Shown: positions 1 through 14,829, counted from the whole stretch's first letter. The stretch is DNA of 63,604 nt, filler included, from Octopus bimaculoides (GCF_001194135.2; 6 parts of 6 records of this genome joined end to end with filler, not necessarily neighbours in it); one strand, 5' to 3'. Translations and numbers: made by a program. Notes: generated by a model not told the origin, from the sequence alone.

Positions 1-71
<71 letters not shown>

Positions 72-227
72 CATATATATACACATATATGAATAAACAC
101 ATATACTTACATATATATACATACACACATATATATACATAAATATACATAATATATATACAAATATTTATATACACAGAAATATATATTCATAAATATA
201 TATATATATATAGATATATATATATAA
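1..227. repeat. (TA)n / (TA,CA)n microsatellite
   Basis: Directly visible dinucleotide run with degenerate TACA variants. Confidence 0.98.
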
Positions 228-229
228 TG

Positions 230-760
230 TTTAGAGACGAACCACCACTCTACAACTCAGTCAACTCAGAACCCATCCAAATCCATGCTGTGAGGCATAT
301 ACCATCTTAATACATCCAAACCCCTCAGTGACCATATTCCCTTCTCTCGCCTACCCAATGAAATACATATAAATGTACTTCTTGTTTCTTAGCAACAAGA
401 ACATAAACTTCTTGTTGACAAAGAGTCCAGAACTCCAACTAAAGAGTATAAAGCCCACAGAATTGTCTTCCCTTGCACCCACTTCCTGTTTTGACACCAC
501 ACTTCCTGTTTAACATATAAACTCTCAGCCTTTTTTTAAACACAACACCATTCCTAATTCCATGCATCCTAATCTATCTAACAATTATCTACAAGGATTA
601 CCATTGAACTTTAAAAACTCAAAGACAATATAATGTATTGGTATATTTATTTTTTTATATATTATTTTTTGTATTTTTGTAAAAAACATTATTTTCATTT
701 CCCCTCTTCTTGAAAATTTGCCATGCAATGAAAGCCGGTTAGAAATCCCTTTTAATCCTC
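230..760 (+). mobile_element. Probable decayed Penelope-like element 3' tail with degenerate hammerhead-like motif (707-744)
   Basis: Stop-interrupted frame (HLNTSKPLSDH...IHINVLL...HKLLVDKES) loosely resembles the end of a GIY-YIG domain. It is followed by TTC-TTGAAAA-T-TTGC/cat/GCAA-T-GAAAGCCGGTTA-GAA. Confidence 0.3.
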
Positions 761-825
761 CTCATGCACATGTATATTAAAATATGCTTTCAGTTTAGCA
801 TTCTGCCTTATTATTTTTTATTTTC

Positions 826-859
<34 letters not shown>

Positions 860-1094
860 TCACACATATACAGATATGTACTTACACTCACATGCACACA
901 TAAGTACATATATACACACACTCGCATATACATACACAGATGCGCGCATGTGCATACATTTATATACCCATATATACAGGCATACATACATACCTACATA
1001 TACATATTTTCTTTTGATTTTTCCATTCTTGTTTTCGGATACATTTGCTGCTTTCTTCCAAGGAATCTAATGTTCTGAGCTTAGTTTTTTCTTG

Positions 1095-1290
1095 GGGCTG
1101 TCCAGATTGGAGCAATCTCAAGTATAACTAGCCGAAATTGCAAAGATAATCTGCAACTTGACTGAGGAAAAAAATTCCGAATGACCCATCCTTGTTTTCT
1201 TTGTATTGTCTATCAGGATGTTTTATTGTCCTTTTTTTGTATTACCTAACTGTCTGGATGTTTTGCGTTCTTGGCCCATTTTGTATTTTT
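1095..1290 (+). repeat. Interspersed repeat, copy 1 (second copy at 5795-5962), both ending in (TA)n
   Basis: Shared sequence such as ccgaaattgcaaagataatctg...ccgaatgac...ctgtctggatgttttg...cccattttgta occurs at both loci. Confidence 0.8.
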
Positions 1291-1384
1291 TATATATACA
1301 TATGTATGTAGGTAGATAGGTAGGTACATACATTCAGGCATGCTAAACATGTGGACAGGCATGCATACTTATGTATATGATTGT

Positions 1385-1608
1385 GTCTTTGTGTCTGTGT
1401 TTGTCTCCCTCCACTACCACTGCCTGAGAGCTGCTGTTGGTTGCTTACATATCCGTAACTTAAGCACTTCAGCAAATGAGATCAGTAAAAAGTATCAGGC
1501 TCAAAGAAAAATAAGCACTGCGGCCAAGTCATTCGACAAGAATTCTTCAATGCAGAGACCTTGCATGGCCGCAATCTAATGAGTGAAACAAATCAAAGAT
1601 AAAAGATA
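1385..1608 (+). mobile_element. tRNA-derived SINE family A, 3' half, diverged
   Basis: Matches the 3' half of the full copy at 59299-59703 (gtaactta...gcatggccgca...gaaacaa...aaaaga). Confidence 0.7.
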
Positions 1609-1978
1609 GTAAACGGATATTTAATATCTGTTTATTAGAGTCACTGTGTTTAAATTACAATGATTTTGTACTGGAATGGAATTAGAATCGCATAGTTTCG
1701 TCTTTTTAAAAACTCATTACTGATTGCTTATTTGTAGCTTATAATTTGTATCTTATAATTTGTATCTTAGAATCTACTGAAGGGAAGTATCACAACTCTT
1801 TCAGCCCTTTCCAAATTTATTTATATTTTCATGCTACAGCGTATCGATACATTAAAAGGGAGTACAACATTACACCAATTTCTGAAAGCTTTTGCAGATA
1901 ATAAAAGAAAGAAGAGATTATGAAGTTAAATTAAAAGAAAAATAATAGACAAAACCCTCTTGCTTTGGTGTCCATTAA

Positions 1979-2884
1979 CCCTTTCGTTACTATATTTCTG
2001 GCCAAAATACACCCCTCATGAGTTTCAATTAAATTCTAAAATAATTCTGAATTTAGACTAGTCTCATTAAACACCTGTAACTTTTTCATTTATCAACATA
2101 TTAATGTGATATTTGGAACATAATTAAAGAAAGGGTTCTTAATCAATTCTATTGCATAATTTTTTGTCTGACAGTTCTCCACGTACTGGGGTACTGCTAG
2201 TGTCTCTCACGTGTAAATATTGGTTCAGCTTCACGAATCGTACTCGTTCATAATACTGGAAATATATTCATCGCAAAAAGGTTCCTGATCGCTCCAGTAA
2301 TTTGTTATTCTGGGTAATTGTCTANNNNNNNNNNNNNNNNNNNNNNNNNNNNNNNNNNNNNNNNNNNNNNNNNNNNNNNNNNNNNNNNNNNNNNNNNNNN
2401 NNNNNNNNNNNNNNNNNNNNNNNNNNNNNNNNNNNNNNNNNNNNNNNNNNNNNNNNNNNNNNNNNNNNNNNNNNNNNNNNNNNNNNNNNNNNNNNTTATC
2501 GTTCATCACGTGCTTTTGTAGCTCATTCATTCTTTTCTTCGATATCTCCATATCTTCTGTTGAAAAACCTTCAAATTCGGAATCACTGCTTGATAGCATG
2601 AAACTCCTCTCCATCTTCAAAGTTGAAAAAAATTAACACCGCAAAAAATGTGGAAAAAAATCTTCCAAAATTCGCTGAGTTCAAATATCACGCCAAATAA
2701 TGTCAGAGACAATAACTCAACTGTTTGCAAAGTGAAATCAGGTGATTGAACGAATGTACTAACGAAATTTGGGTTCAAATATACATTTAAATAACAATGG
2801 GTACGCTCGGCCGGCTACGGCCGGGTTAGTCTTATGAACCAAATAAATTTTCGGCCGGCTACGGCCGGGTTAGTAACGAAAGGG
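1979..2884 (-). mobile_element. piggyBac DNA transposon, internally deleted
   Basis: Perfect 14-bp TIRs CCCTTTCGTTACTA (1979-1992) and TAGTAACGAAAGGG (2871-2884), each flanked by TTAA (1975-1978, 2885-2888). A 24-bp subterminal direct repeat lies at 2807-2830 and 2851-2874. The minus-strand frame contains LPRITNYWSD..ISSIM, typical of piggyBac transposases. Confidence 0.9.
2231..2620 (-). pseudogene. piggyBac transposase N-terminal remnant (interrupted by an N gap)
   Basis: Acidic N-terminus SSSDSEFEGFS and a P.I..YWS.D motif; truncated before the catalytic DDD core. Confidence 0.75.
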
Positions 2885-3283
2885 TTAATGACGCTTGTCG
2901 TACAGAGAACCATCATATTCGCCACATTAATTCAATCTTCATCAAAATATCTCAGATTGTTTCAATCGGTCAACATGTGCCAGACTTCATTTCCTGATAT
3001 TTAGAAAGCATTGACAAACGTTAATTGATGTCATAGACCACGTGACTACCGGAAAACCTGCCGAACACAATTTAAAGCATTACACCCATGTTTCTGTCAA
3101 TTTGCTGATGTGCAATGTTAAACGATTCAACCGAATCTGGGTTCGGAAATGTATTTATATTGACCTTACACCTAAAAAGCTTATATCTTATTCAACATAT
3201 TCTTAACACAAAGGTGTACAGAGCACTTTTGTATTTCTGTACTACAAAATAAACAAACAGCAGCAATAGCTACAATACACCGC

Positions 3284-3318
<35 letters not shown>

Positions 3319-3529
3319 GCGCGCGCATGCGATGTGTGAATAGTTTGAAAAGTACGATAGTTTGGTAATGTACAGATAAAATATATTTATCCATTTAAAA
3401 CTTTTGAATGGCAGTAGAACATTGAAAACGGAGAATTGAATTGCTGCCTAATTCTGTTGGAAGTCGCTAGCTTTTGCCTGAAGTGAGTGCGTTTGACTGT
3501 ATTGTGCGCACGTGTAATATAATTGTAAG

Positions 3530-3533
3530 ATAT

Positions 3534-3564
<31 letters not shown>

Positions 3565-3575
3565 GTATATATATG

Positions 3576-3626
<51 letters not shown>

Positions 3627-3849
3627 GTGTATATATATATATGTATGTATATATCTATATATATGTATATATATATGTGTGTTGTGTGTATGCATATATA
3701 TATATATATGTGTATGTATATATCTATATGTATATATCTATATATATATGCATATATATATATATATGTATGTATGTATATGTATGTATATATATGTGTA
3801 TGTGTGTTTATATATATATATATATGTATATACACACACACACACTATA

Positions 3850-3885
<36 letters not shown>

Positions 3886-4100
3886 AATTATACATATACA
3901 TTTATACTCATATACATACATGTACGTATGTAAATGTATGCATTAACACATATGCATACACGCACAAGCATATATATAGATATGCATACACATATATACG
4001 TAAATGTATGTATAAACACGCTCACAGACACACACACTAACACACACAAACACATACACATGCACTCAGACACACAAACACGTACATATATATATACAAC
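3530..4100. repeat. Compound (TA)n/(TATG)n/(CA)n microsatellite
   Basis: Directly visible. Confidence 0.95.
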
Positions 4101-5371
4101 CTGCCTGTTAACATTCATAATGGCGAAAAGACATTTGTCATTTGCAGCGTTGGTTGGGTTTATTGTCTTATTTCCAGTTAAAGAAAACTTCTTGCCACTC
4201 ACTAAAATATTGCCAGAGTTGTAAGTTAAAATCCATTATCGTATTATATCTAAAACTGGCCGGTCTGGTGCCATGCCATGATGACACCTCATGGAACAGA
4301 ACAAAAGCTAGGGTTAACAAATCTTTTAACAGCAGAAATATCGGTTAGTAAAAAAATAACCGAAAAGAGAAAGAAAGAAACATGTTAAGAAAAGATGAAT
4401 CATTCAGTGGCAAAAACTTTCTGACATTTGCCAGCAAGATAATCAGAGAAATATAGTGTTAGTAAAGCTAATAATGATAAATAACACAGCTTGCTGCTTA
4501 TTATTTTGCCATCTACAATGAAATATCTTCCATTGCATAAGTCGCTGGGACCGTAGAGGCCATGTGTAGATTATTGTATTTTGAAAATATTTATGGTTTT
4601 ATGAAAGACAGAGTTATTGTCAGAACCGTGGGTGGAGGTGAATATGTTAGACAATTTTAACAGTATCACTTAGTCTGGCGTTGCACAAAATCTTACTTTG
4701 AAATGTAGAATATGGAATGTGGTGAACAAAAACAGAGAAACCTTTTAAAGGTATTGATACAAGAATAGGCTTCATTGTGTAACAGCTGGAGTTCCTCTGT
4801 TCTTGTGAACTTCACGTTACTCTGCTCGGCCTATTAACTCACAGATTTCGCTTCTTCCTTCAGTAAACAAAAGAGCGATGGGGAGAAAATACTTAAAGCA
4901 GGACCAGAGAAGTAAGAGTATGCAAGAAAAGAAGAGAGGTATATGTATTGGGTGACTGTACAATCACTACTACAGAGAAGAGGTCATTTTAATAGCAACA
5001 GATATTAAAGAAAGAAGAAATTATGTATATGGAGAACGTGGTGTACAAAAACAAAGAAGCCTAACGTATCGGCACGAGAATATTTTTCATAAAGCCATGT
5101 GGTTTCCATTTGTTTGTGGTTAAGAATATGCATTCATATAACAGCAGTGTTGTCTGCGTTGTTTGAAGGTTATTGCAATTTCTTTTGTTTGAGATTCGTA
5201 GATTGTTAGCAATAATTAAAGATGGAATATTTTCTGATTCAAGCAAGAATCATAACTTGTGTGTTGATGTTTTAGATATGCAATGTATCTGTGTCCAGAC
5301 ATAAGCGAGTCTTATGAGGCTTAGCCATGTTTGAACGTTAGAACTGCCTGTTGTTTAAATGTAGTGAAAAT

Positions 5372-5787
5372 GCAGGCATGGCTGTGTGGTAAGAAGCTGG
5401 CTTTCCAACCACATGGTTCCAGATTCAGTCTCACTGCATGACACCTTGTGCAAGTGTCTTCTACTTTAGCCTTGGGCCCACCAAAGACTTGTGAGTTGAT
5501 TTGGTAGATGGAAACTAGAAATAGCCCATTGTACATATGTGTGTGTGCATATTTGTGTGTGTGTGTGTGTGTGTACGAGTACGCGTTTATGTGCCGAAAT
5601 ACATATATGTTTATAAATATATAGATATGAAATTATGATAAACAGAATTTTATATAATTTGTTCCTTATGTATCTTTCGCAGTATTGGTTGTTTGAAACC
5701 ACAGTATTGGATGTTAATATATATATTAACATGCTGCAGCATGGCCACAGTCAAATGACTGAAACAAGTAAAAGAGTAAAAGAGATA
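5372..5787 (+). mobile_element. tRNA-derived SINE family A (5' part 5372-5535 plus 3' tail 5733-5787)
   Basis: Head gcagg..tggctgtgtggtaagaag with A/B-box-like motifs; CORE-like caccttgtgcaagtgtct; tail gcatggccacagtcaaatgactgaaacaagtaaaagag. Confidence 0.85.
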
Positions 5788-5794
5788 TCTTGAT

Positions 5795-6078
<284 letters not shown>

Positions 6079-7516
6079 AAAAATAAGCAACACGGATTTC
6101 AAAGGTGATTGCAGTACGCACGTTTCATGCTACTTCAATTTATTTAAGTAATACGAGCATTACTATATATATATGTATATGTGTGTGTGTGCGTGTGTGT
6201 ATGGTTGTGTATATATATATATATATATCGAGAGAGATAGAGAGGGGGAGGGGAGCAACAGATAGTCAGTGATGCAGATTAACAGGATTAGCTTTGATAT
6301 ATATACATAAATATACATAGATACATATACACATATAGATACATGTAGATATATAGAGAGATATGTTTACATACATTTAACTAAAAGTATTCAGGAGATA
6401 AACACTTGTGTACAAGCATATATATATATATATGTTTGTGTGTGTGTGTGTGTATAGGCAAATAAATTTATAGGGAAATTTGACGTGCTCTGATTTGGAG
6501 CGGTGTTAAAGATTTCAAGACTGACAATTAAAGCATGCTGAAAGGAAAAGAAAAGTTCGTAAAAATGAGATTAATATGAATAGCTTTGTGTGTGTTTCTC
6601 ATTCTCTCTTTAAATGTTCCTTGTGCACAAAAGTATGCATATTTCACGCTGGTATGAGATGCACCAGCGCGTCCATGCAGGTAAAGCACAAATGAATGCT
6701 GGAATTTCATTTCAGATGACCAGTGTTAATGTTATGTTTATAAAAAGAAAATAACCTGTAAGTCACCTAGAGGATTGAAGCGGCACTTAAACATTCATAA
6801 TAAACAGGAGGAAAATGGAAGGAATAAACAGGAGGGAAATGGAAGGAATACAAAAATGGAAGATATTGCTACAGTATTTGTTGTCAGCTCTTAAAATGCT
6901 TTGCGGGGCTCATAAAATCATTTAAGATCTCACTCTTGGAAAGAGCAGTAGAAGAAGAGCAGACAGCCACCATATTAATGCAAGGAGCAGACAGTCACCA
7001 TCTCAATATCTGTTTGTATGTGTAAAAGCATAAATATAGCTGACACTCTCAAGCAAGTTGGACATAGCAGCGTATGACATACTTAGGGCAATTGGTTCAG
7101 GTGCCTGTGTAGTTCCATGTTTGTTCTAGAGTGTTCGTAGTAGAAGAATATGAACTCACCTTGTGTTCATTTTCCCCTGTGTGGACTGGAGTAACATCAA
7201 ATGAATTCCTTTACTCGAAACTATAATACGATATGCTGCCTGATCTAGATAATGAACCTACGACCAAAGCTCTTACCTTCTAGGCTACACGCTTTCGCTT
7301 TCTTTTCATGTGTAGTTACTTAAATATCTTTGAAGCATTAATTGGAGGATCACTCAAAGCAATTAAGTAAAATATCATGTATTTTTGAAGTGAGAAATTT
7401 ACAGATACTTCGAAGATAAAGGTGAAGGTTTATAGGATGGAGATGGAAAGAGTGAGAAAAGCGATGAAACATTGTTATAGCTGAGTATGTAGCATTTGTT
7501 CTCATCTATTCTCTAA

Positions 7517-7908
7517 GCACAGGAGTAACTGTGTGGTAAGAAGCTTGCTTCCCAACCACATAGTTCTGGGCTAAGGCCCACTGAATGGTACCTTCGACAT
7601 ATGTTTTCTGTTATAGCCACTGGCCGACCAAAGCTTTGTGAATGGATGGAAACTGAAAGAAGATCATCGCATATGTATATGCACACGCGCGTGTGTGAAT
7701 GCGTTTGTCCCCCACCACCACTTGACGTCCTGTGTTGGTGTGTTTACATCCGCATAAAATAGCGGACCGGCAAAAGAGACCGACAGAATAAGTACCAGTT
7801 TTAAAAAAATAAAGTACTGAGGTCGATTCATGCGACTAAAATTCTTCATGTTATTGCCCCAGCATGGCCGCAGTCTAATAACTGAAAGCAGTAAAAGAGT
7901 AAAAGAAT
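7517..7908 (+). mobile_element. tRNA-derived SINE family A, near full length
   Basis: Collinear with 59299-59703 from the tRNA-like head to the (TAAAAGAG)n tail. Confidence 0.9.
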
Positions 7909-7989
7909 ATTGGCATTAATGTGTCAATGCATGTAGATACATGTGGTTTACCTGCAAGCACTACTCATTTCAAGAAAACATCAACACAT

Positions 7990-8560
7990 CCCCATTACAC
8001 CTGAAGGGTATCATGGTGACTCCAAATTCTGGTCCTCACTATCACAGAAGATAAATCCTGGCAAAACCCCGCCCTTTGTGTAGCGAAAATGGTCTTCCAA
8101 GGACTGGGCCTTTACTTCAGGAAAATAATTCCCAACAATTGTTGACACCCCAACAGTTGTTGACACTCTATAAGGCACATGTGAGGCTCAAAATAAAGTA
8201 TTGCTTCCACATCAGCAATGGTGCTTTAATTTCACACAGACATCCTGGGCCGCATCTAGAGAAACGCCTCTTGACTAGTTGGTAATCAATCAGTAAGAGA
8301 CACACTCCAGCCTCGAACTCAAAGTTGTTTTATCTCCTCTCTCTCTGAATTTCCTATTGTTAATATAATGGCATTTGCTCCTCGAAATTGACTAACGTCA
8401 TGCTTCATTTCTCAAACAGCCTCGACATACTCATCTTACCCCTTCTCATCGTTTATGGTACACTCAACTCCCTCAATCCCACTGTAACAATTATTCCTAA
8501 CCTTTCCTTTGGAATCTTCTCCCTTCACATGAATTTCCTCCACTTATTGACCATCAACAG
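7990..8560 (+). mobile_element. CR1/L2-group LINE, C-terminal ORF2 relic
   Basis: Translates QLLTLYKAHVRLKIKYCFHISNGA, matching the LYKA.VRP..EYC..IW motif downstream of CR1/L2 RTs; frameshifted. Confidence 0.65.
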
Positions 8561-9462
8561 TTTAAAAGAAACTTTATCGCCTCGGAGGGACTGCAAATGC
8601 CAGCTTTCAACATTTGAAAAAAAGCTTCCTAGTCTAAATATGCAAAAATATGAATTCTATTTAAAATTCAAGTCTGAGATTTTTGATAGCTGTAGACAGA
8701 TAGAGAAACATCTGTTCTATAACTGCATCGTTCTATACCTTCCAAATTCATGCACCAATGTTAATGTATGTTTATGCACTTATCACAATACATATACGTG
8801 CGTTTTAATTTCAACTACTGTTAGTTGCCAATTCTCGTTTTCTCACTCTGATTTCAATCCTTCCTGTTCTATTGTCAATATATTTCTCCAGCTCCTTACT
8901 ATTCGTATATGAAAATATCATTATTTTAGAATTGTATCCAGTCTTCATTCATATATTGTATCTACAGCTTTTAAAATTCACTGAATAGGGAATAGCTCAT
9001 TATTACAATTTCAGATGAATAGACTTGAACGAAGACAGAAGTTGTTAAATTTCTCAAAGAATCATACAGTAAGAAATAAGAAGACTAAAGCTAAGCACCA
9101 AACCATTGTCACGTGGAAAACTATTAGAAACCATGTTAGAAAATGTATAAATTAAAATACTGAATAGGTGTGCGTTTGTCTGTGTTGATTGAGGACATGT
9201 GCATGAATGTAAGGGTTAATAATATTTGAATGAAAACTAATAAGTGAATTTAGAACTCAACAGAAGAATGAAATTAAGTATCTATTAATGTATATAAACA
9301 TATGTATTTATATATGTGTGTGTATATATATATAAATATATATATATATCTATATAGATACACTCAGGTGTATAGATATGTGTGTGCTATCTGAATAATA
9401 AGACCTCATTAAACTAAACATGACATTCAGTGGACACTATATGTATGTGTATACATACATAC

Positions 9463-9505
<43 letters not shown>

Positions 9506-9994
9506 GATGAATTTAAAGAAATATAAAGCAGAGTGTTGATAGATATCCTAAGTGATAAAGTATTTGGTATATTCATATACTACTTTATGCATCAATAGTT
9601 CAGAAAACACAGTAATGAACGAGTCAATAAAGATATACACTCACAATGTTAATTTAACATTTAATAATATATAATTATATATGTGACTGTGTAACAGTTT
9701 ATATACATCTATAGATAAATGTATATGTATACATACAGATATGCAAGTATATATTTGAGTACATATATATATGTGTGGTATATATCTATGTATGTTTATA
9801 CATATATATATGTACCTACACATACACACACATATATATATAATATATATACTGTAAATAGACGCATACAATAAGCGATGGCAGCGACATTTGAAATAGA
9901 GAGAGTGAAATTAGTTCAACTTGAAAGAAATACATCAAACTCTTGTAGAAAGTTATTATTTAAGATCTGTTAAGTGATCATATCCAATTAAATT

Positions 9995-10482
<488 letters not shown>

Positions 10483-10580
10483 TTGGGTGGATGTATTTCT
10501 ATAATTGTATTACTAATGTGGTTGAAGTTATAAAGTTAAAACAATATAATAATAATAATAATAATAGTAATCAAAACTAT

Positions 10581-10790
10581 TAAGGCGGTGAGCTGGCAGA
10601 GTCGTTAGCGTGCCAGATGTAATGCCTAGCGGTATTTTGCTTGTCACTACATTCTGGGTTCAAATTCCGCCAAGGTCGACTTTACTTTTCATCCTTTCAG
10701 AGTCGATAATATAAGTACCAGTTGAACACTGGGGTCGATCTAATCGACTCATCCCCTCCCCCAAAGTTGCTTGTACTAAAATTTGAAACC
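10581..10790 (+). mobile_element. tRNA-derived SINE family B
   Basis: aaggcggtgagctggcaga..gttagc..ttctgggttcaaattccgccaaggtcgac..ggggtcgat; many copies in the window. Confidence 0.9.
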
Positions 10791-10794
10791 TTTA

Positions 10795-11080
10795 TTATTA
10801 TTATTAGTAGTAGTAGTGGTAGTTTTGGTAGTAGTAGTGGTAGTAGTAACAATACTAATACTAAGTGTTACTAATGATGGTGATGATGATGACGATGAGG
10901 AGGAGGATAGAAATGGTAATAATGATGATGCTTTAACAATATCCACATTTCAACGATCATTCCTGTTCGTTTCCACTAAATTAATAGAAGCACTCTTCGT
11001 TGATATGAATTAAATGGAAATTTATTATAAACATAACAGTGAAATAATGAGACTGGTAATAAACATAATCACAATCGTCG

Positions 11081-11123
<43 letters not shown>

Positions 11124-11475
11124 AATCTTCATCATCATCATCATCATCAACAGCATCATCATCATTATCATCATCATCATCACCGTCACCATCACCTTCA
11201 TCGTCGTCGTTGTCGTCATCATTATCATCAATCTTCATCATCGTCAACACCATTGTCATAATCTTCACAGTTGTCGATATCATCATCATCTTAATCATCA
11301 TCAACACCATCATCATCATTTTAACCATCATTGTCATCATCATCATCGTCGTCGTTGCCGTCATCATCATCATCACCACCACCATCATAATCATCACCAC
11401 CATCATCATAATCATCATCACCATCATCATCATCATCACCATCACCATCATCATCATCACCATCATCATCATCAA
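10795..11475. repeat. Large trinucleotide block: (TAG)/(TGA)n followed by a long degenerate (CAT/CAC/CGT)n tract
   Basis: Directly visible; produces the poly-I/H/M/D pseudo-ORFs in the track. Confidence 0.97.
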
Positions 11476-11833
11476 GTCCTAATTGAAAGAAGAATTATAA
11501 TAATAACGCTGTTTGAACTAAAATGCATCAAAGGTCTTCTGTTGGAAATAAATATGAAGAATACCATGAAATATCTATTTATTGTGTGACTTATTGGAGA
11601 GTTTCTTTCATTTCATTTTGTGTCATTTAACTTTGATTCCTCTGCTATAATTTTTTCTTTCTCTTTTGTTTTCTTCTTTCAGGTTTTTAAACATTTCATA
11701 ATTGGTATTTAATTATTTACTTAACAATAACATCACAATTATATTTTGGAGACTATCACACACATCCAACACATCCAAACATATACATTTCTCGTATATT
11801 CACACACGCTTGTACGTTTGTGTAACTATATAT

Positions 11834-11996
11834 AGGCGCAAGAGTGGCTGTGTGGTAAGTAGCTTGCTTACCAGCCACATGGTTTCGGGTTCAGTCCCAC
11901 TGCGTGACACATTGGGCAAGTGTCTCCTACTATAGCCTCAGGTTGACCAAAAGCCTTGTGAGTGGATTTGGTAAACAGAAACTGAAAGAAGCCCGT

Positions 11997-12037
<41 letters not shown>

Positions 12038-12208
12038 NNNNNNNNNNTTCTCCGTAACTTAGCGGTTCGGCAAAAGAGACCGATAGAATAAGTACTTGGC
12101 ATCCAAAGAATAAGTCCTGGGGTCGATTTGCTTGACTAAAGGCGGTGCTCCAGCATGGCCGCAGTCAAATGACTGAAACAAGTAAAAGAGTAAAAAGAGT
12201 AAAAGAGT
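11834..12208 (+). mobile_element. tRNA-derived SINE family A (spans a short N gap)
   Basis: Head ggcgcaagagtggctgtgtggtaagtagc and tail (TAAAAGAG)n. Confidence 0.9.
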
Positions 12209-12241
12209 ATATAAGCCTATAAATAAATGTATGTGTGAGGT

Positions 12242-12510
12242 GTGAAGACATGTGGCCTAGTGGTTAAACTGTTGCACTCACGGTCGCTAGATCGTGAGTT
12301 CGAATGCCTGTGTGGGCGGTGCATTTTGTTCTTGAGCAAAACTCTTCTTTTTACGCTGTTTCAGTCCCCTTTCGATCAGAGGGAATGTTGGCCTGCTCAC
12401 CTAACCAGCAGAGTGATGTCATTTGAAGGCTAAAACAAAGCAAAACGCACTGTGACCAGCGATGTGTAACAACATCCGATAACCTGGTTGGTGACATGAT
12501 CATGTGTGTG
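12242..12510 (+). mobile_element. tRNA-derived SINE family D
   Basis: Head tgaagacatgtggcctagtggtt..gtgagttcgaat with a CORE-like ttgttcttgagcaaaact segment. Confidence 0.7.
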
Positions 12511-13085
12511 ATATATGTACCTATGCACCATATATATTATATACGTACATGTATTTCTCTCGCTATCTATCTGTGTGAGTGTATATACTTTTATTTCCTT
12601 TTTTTTTATTTTAGAGTAAGTTTTGACCGACCACCTATTTGATAGCAAGGTTGTGATCTTATAAAAATTCTGCTTGACATTGCGTTACTTAGTCCATCAG
12701 TAACGTTTTCAGGTGGTTAAAGAAAATGCGGAAGAAAGAAAAAAGAGTGAGTGAGAAGCGTCCATGACGTGAAGTAAGGGAAGCGTAATATTTATCACAT
12801 GGTTTAAAAAGTTAATTGAAGGTAGAGGCCGCAAGTTAAAAATATAATCTTAGCAGAAGAGTAATGCTCTGATGGTAGGGTTTAAAGAAAAATAGAGAGG
12901 GAAGAGAAAGGAAAGAGAGGTGGGAGTGAGAAAGATGGTGGTGGTGGTGGTGGTGGTGGTGGTAGCGATTGCGGTGGTGATTGCATAGTGAAAATATATT
13001 CTTTTTTAATTGAACTAAGTTATTTATATCACCCATCACTTAACGCATGCATATAAATGCAATTCCGTGAAATAAATGTAATTCC

Positions 13086-13638
13086 GAGGCGATGACTTCT
13101 GACCGAGACCTTTGGAAATATGCTGTGCGTGAAAAGACCCAGCAAGACAAGTGAGACCTAAATCCAAGGCCTCTGCCAGGGGTGTAGCCAGCCCACTTAT
13201 GGGTACCTTTCCTTCTTTGGACACTAAACACCGCTTGCAAAGACCTGTTGAGGCAAGTGAAATCGAAACTGAAAGCGAAATTGGGATGGCACCTGTGCCC
13301 AGCATCGCCTTTCTGGCACTTGTGCCCGTGGCATGTGTAAGGACTTTCGAGCGAGATTGTTGCCAGTGCCCCTGGACTGGCTCTGGTGCGGGTGGCACAT
13401 AAAATACATCATTTTGAGTGTGGCCATTGCCAGTACCGCCTGACCAGCCTTCGTGCCGGTGGCACGTAAAAGCACCCACTACACTCTTGGAGTGGTTGGC
13501 GTTAGGAAGGGCATCCAGCTGTAGAAACTCTGCCAAATCAGATTGGAGCCTGGTGTAGCCATCTGGTTTTACCAGTCCGCAGTCAAATCGTCCAACCCAT
13601 GCTAGCATGGAAAGCGGACGTTAAACGATGATGATGAT
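13086..13638 (+). mobile_element. RTE-type LINE 3' end (ORF terminus, 3' UTR, (GAT)n tail)
   Basis: Starts in frame EAMTSDRDLWKYAVREKTQQDK*, an RTE-like C-terminus. The 3' UTR ends aaacgatgatgatga and recurs at 58797-60790. Confidence 0.8.
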
Positions 13639-13950
13639 TCACGCTTATCTACATGGCAGCTATGGGCAATTTAACTAGATGTTGTCTCATATGTAGGGAA
13701 TTTTTTTTTTTTCTACGGGAAAAATGGAAAAATAAGAGTGAATATTTATTTTAAGATTGGATAAACGTAAACTGAAAGTCTGTTGTATATGTATGTATGT
13801 ATGTATGCATATGTGTATGTATGCATGTATGTATATATACATACACAAGCACAAAAACACACACACACACAGTTATCTATTTGTTTATATATATGTGTGT
13901 ATATATACATACATATATATACTTGTTATTTGCGTTCATATATATGTGTT

Positions 13951-14170
13951 ATTTCTTTACTACCCACAAGGGGCTACACACAGAGGGGGCAAAGACAGAC
14001 AGACAAACGGATTAAGTCGATTATATCGACTCCAGTGCGTAACTGGTACTTATTTAATCGACCCCGAAAGGATGAAAGGCAAAGTCGACCTCGGCGGAAT
14101 TTGAACTCAGAACGTAGCGGCAGACGAAATACCGCTAAGCATTTCGCCCGGCGTGCTAACGTTTCTGCCA
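13951..14170 (-). mobile_element. tRNA-derived SINE family B
   Basis: Reverse complement of the family B sequence. Confidence 0.9.
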
Positions 14171-14630
14171 TATATATGTGTGTCTGTATATTTATATTGC
14201 TCTACACATATATGAGTGTGCACATATACCCATCTATTTACTATTTAGCCAAAATTATATCAAACTTTCTGGAAACTCTGAGTCTTGTTCGTGTCTGTGT
14301 TGCGCTAGAATTTTCAAAACAACCACTGAACAGAATTTGCACACTCACGCTCACACACACATGCGCATGCTTGCACACACACGCACATGTGCGTATGCAC
14401 AGTTTAATGTACAGAGAAATTATACACGAACAACTTCACGTTTCATGGGGGAAGTATTTGGATGGTGTGCATGATGTGCACGGTCGAGCATTCATTGAGG
14501 CTCGTATCGGATATGTTGAGACAGAGAGGGAGGGAGATAAAGTGAAAGAGAGAGTGTGTGTGCCTAAAGCTTCGACGATAAAAATTTTTTTTCTCCACGT
14601 GGTGAATTATAGTGAAAAATATTAAAAGAA

Positions 14631-14737
<107 letters not shown>

Positions 14738-14829
14738 TATTTATGTAGCTGAGCGGTTTCTCTTGTGCTAATCATGTCTAAGAAATTCGTGATATTACAA
14801 TTTCATGCTATCATAAGAAGTTTTCATTC

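Noticed and set aside
1155-1190. CTGAGGA...TCC-GAAT (and CTGAAGA...CTCC-GAAT at about 5841-5865) as a hammerhead
   Set aside because: GAAT instead of GAAA, no convincing stem II and no stem I.
7073-7114. YDILRAIGSGACVV resembles a kinase glycine-rich loop
   Set aside because: One residue short of GxGxxGxV, followed by a stop, with no VAIK or other kinase motif and no clear splice sites.
14745-14800. GAAACCGCTCAG on the minus strand near the 3' end of the 14.8-17.7 kb PLE as a hammerhead
   Set aside because: No recognisable CUGANGA box or stem II upstream.
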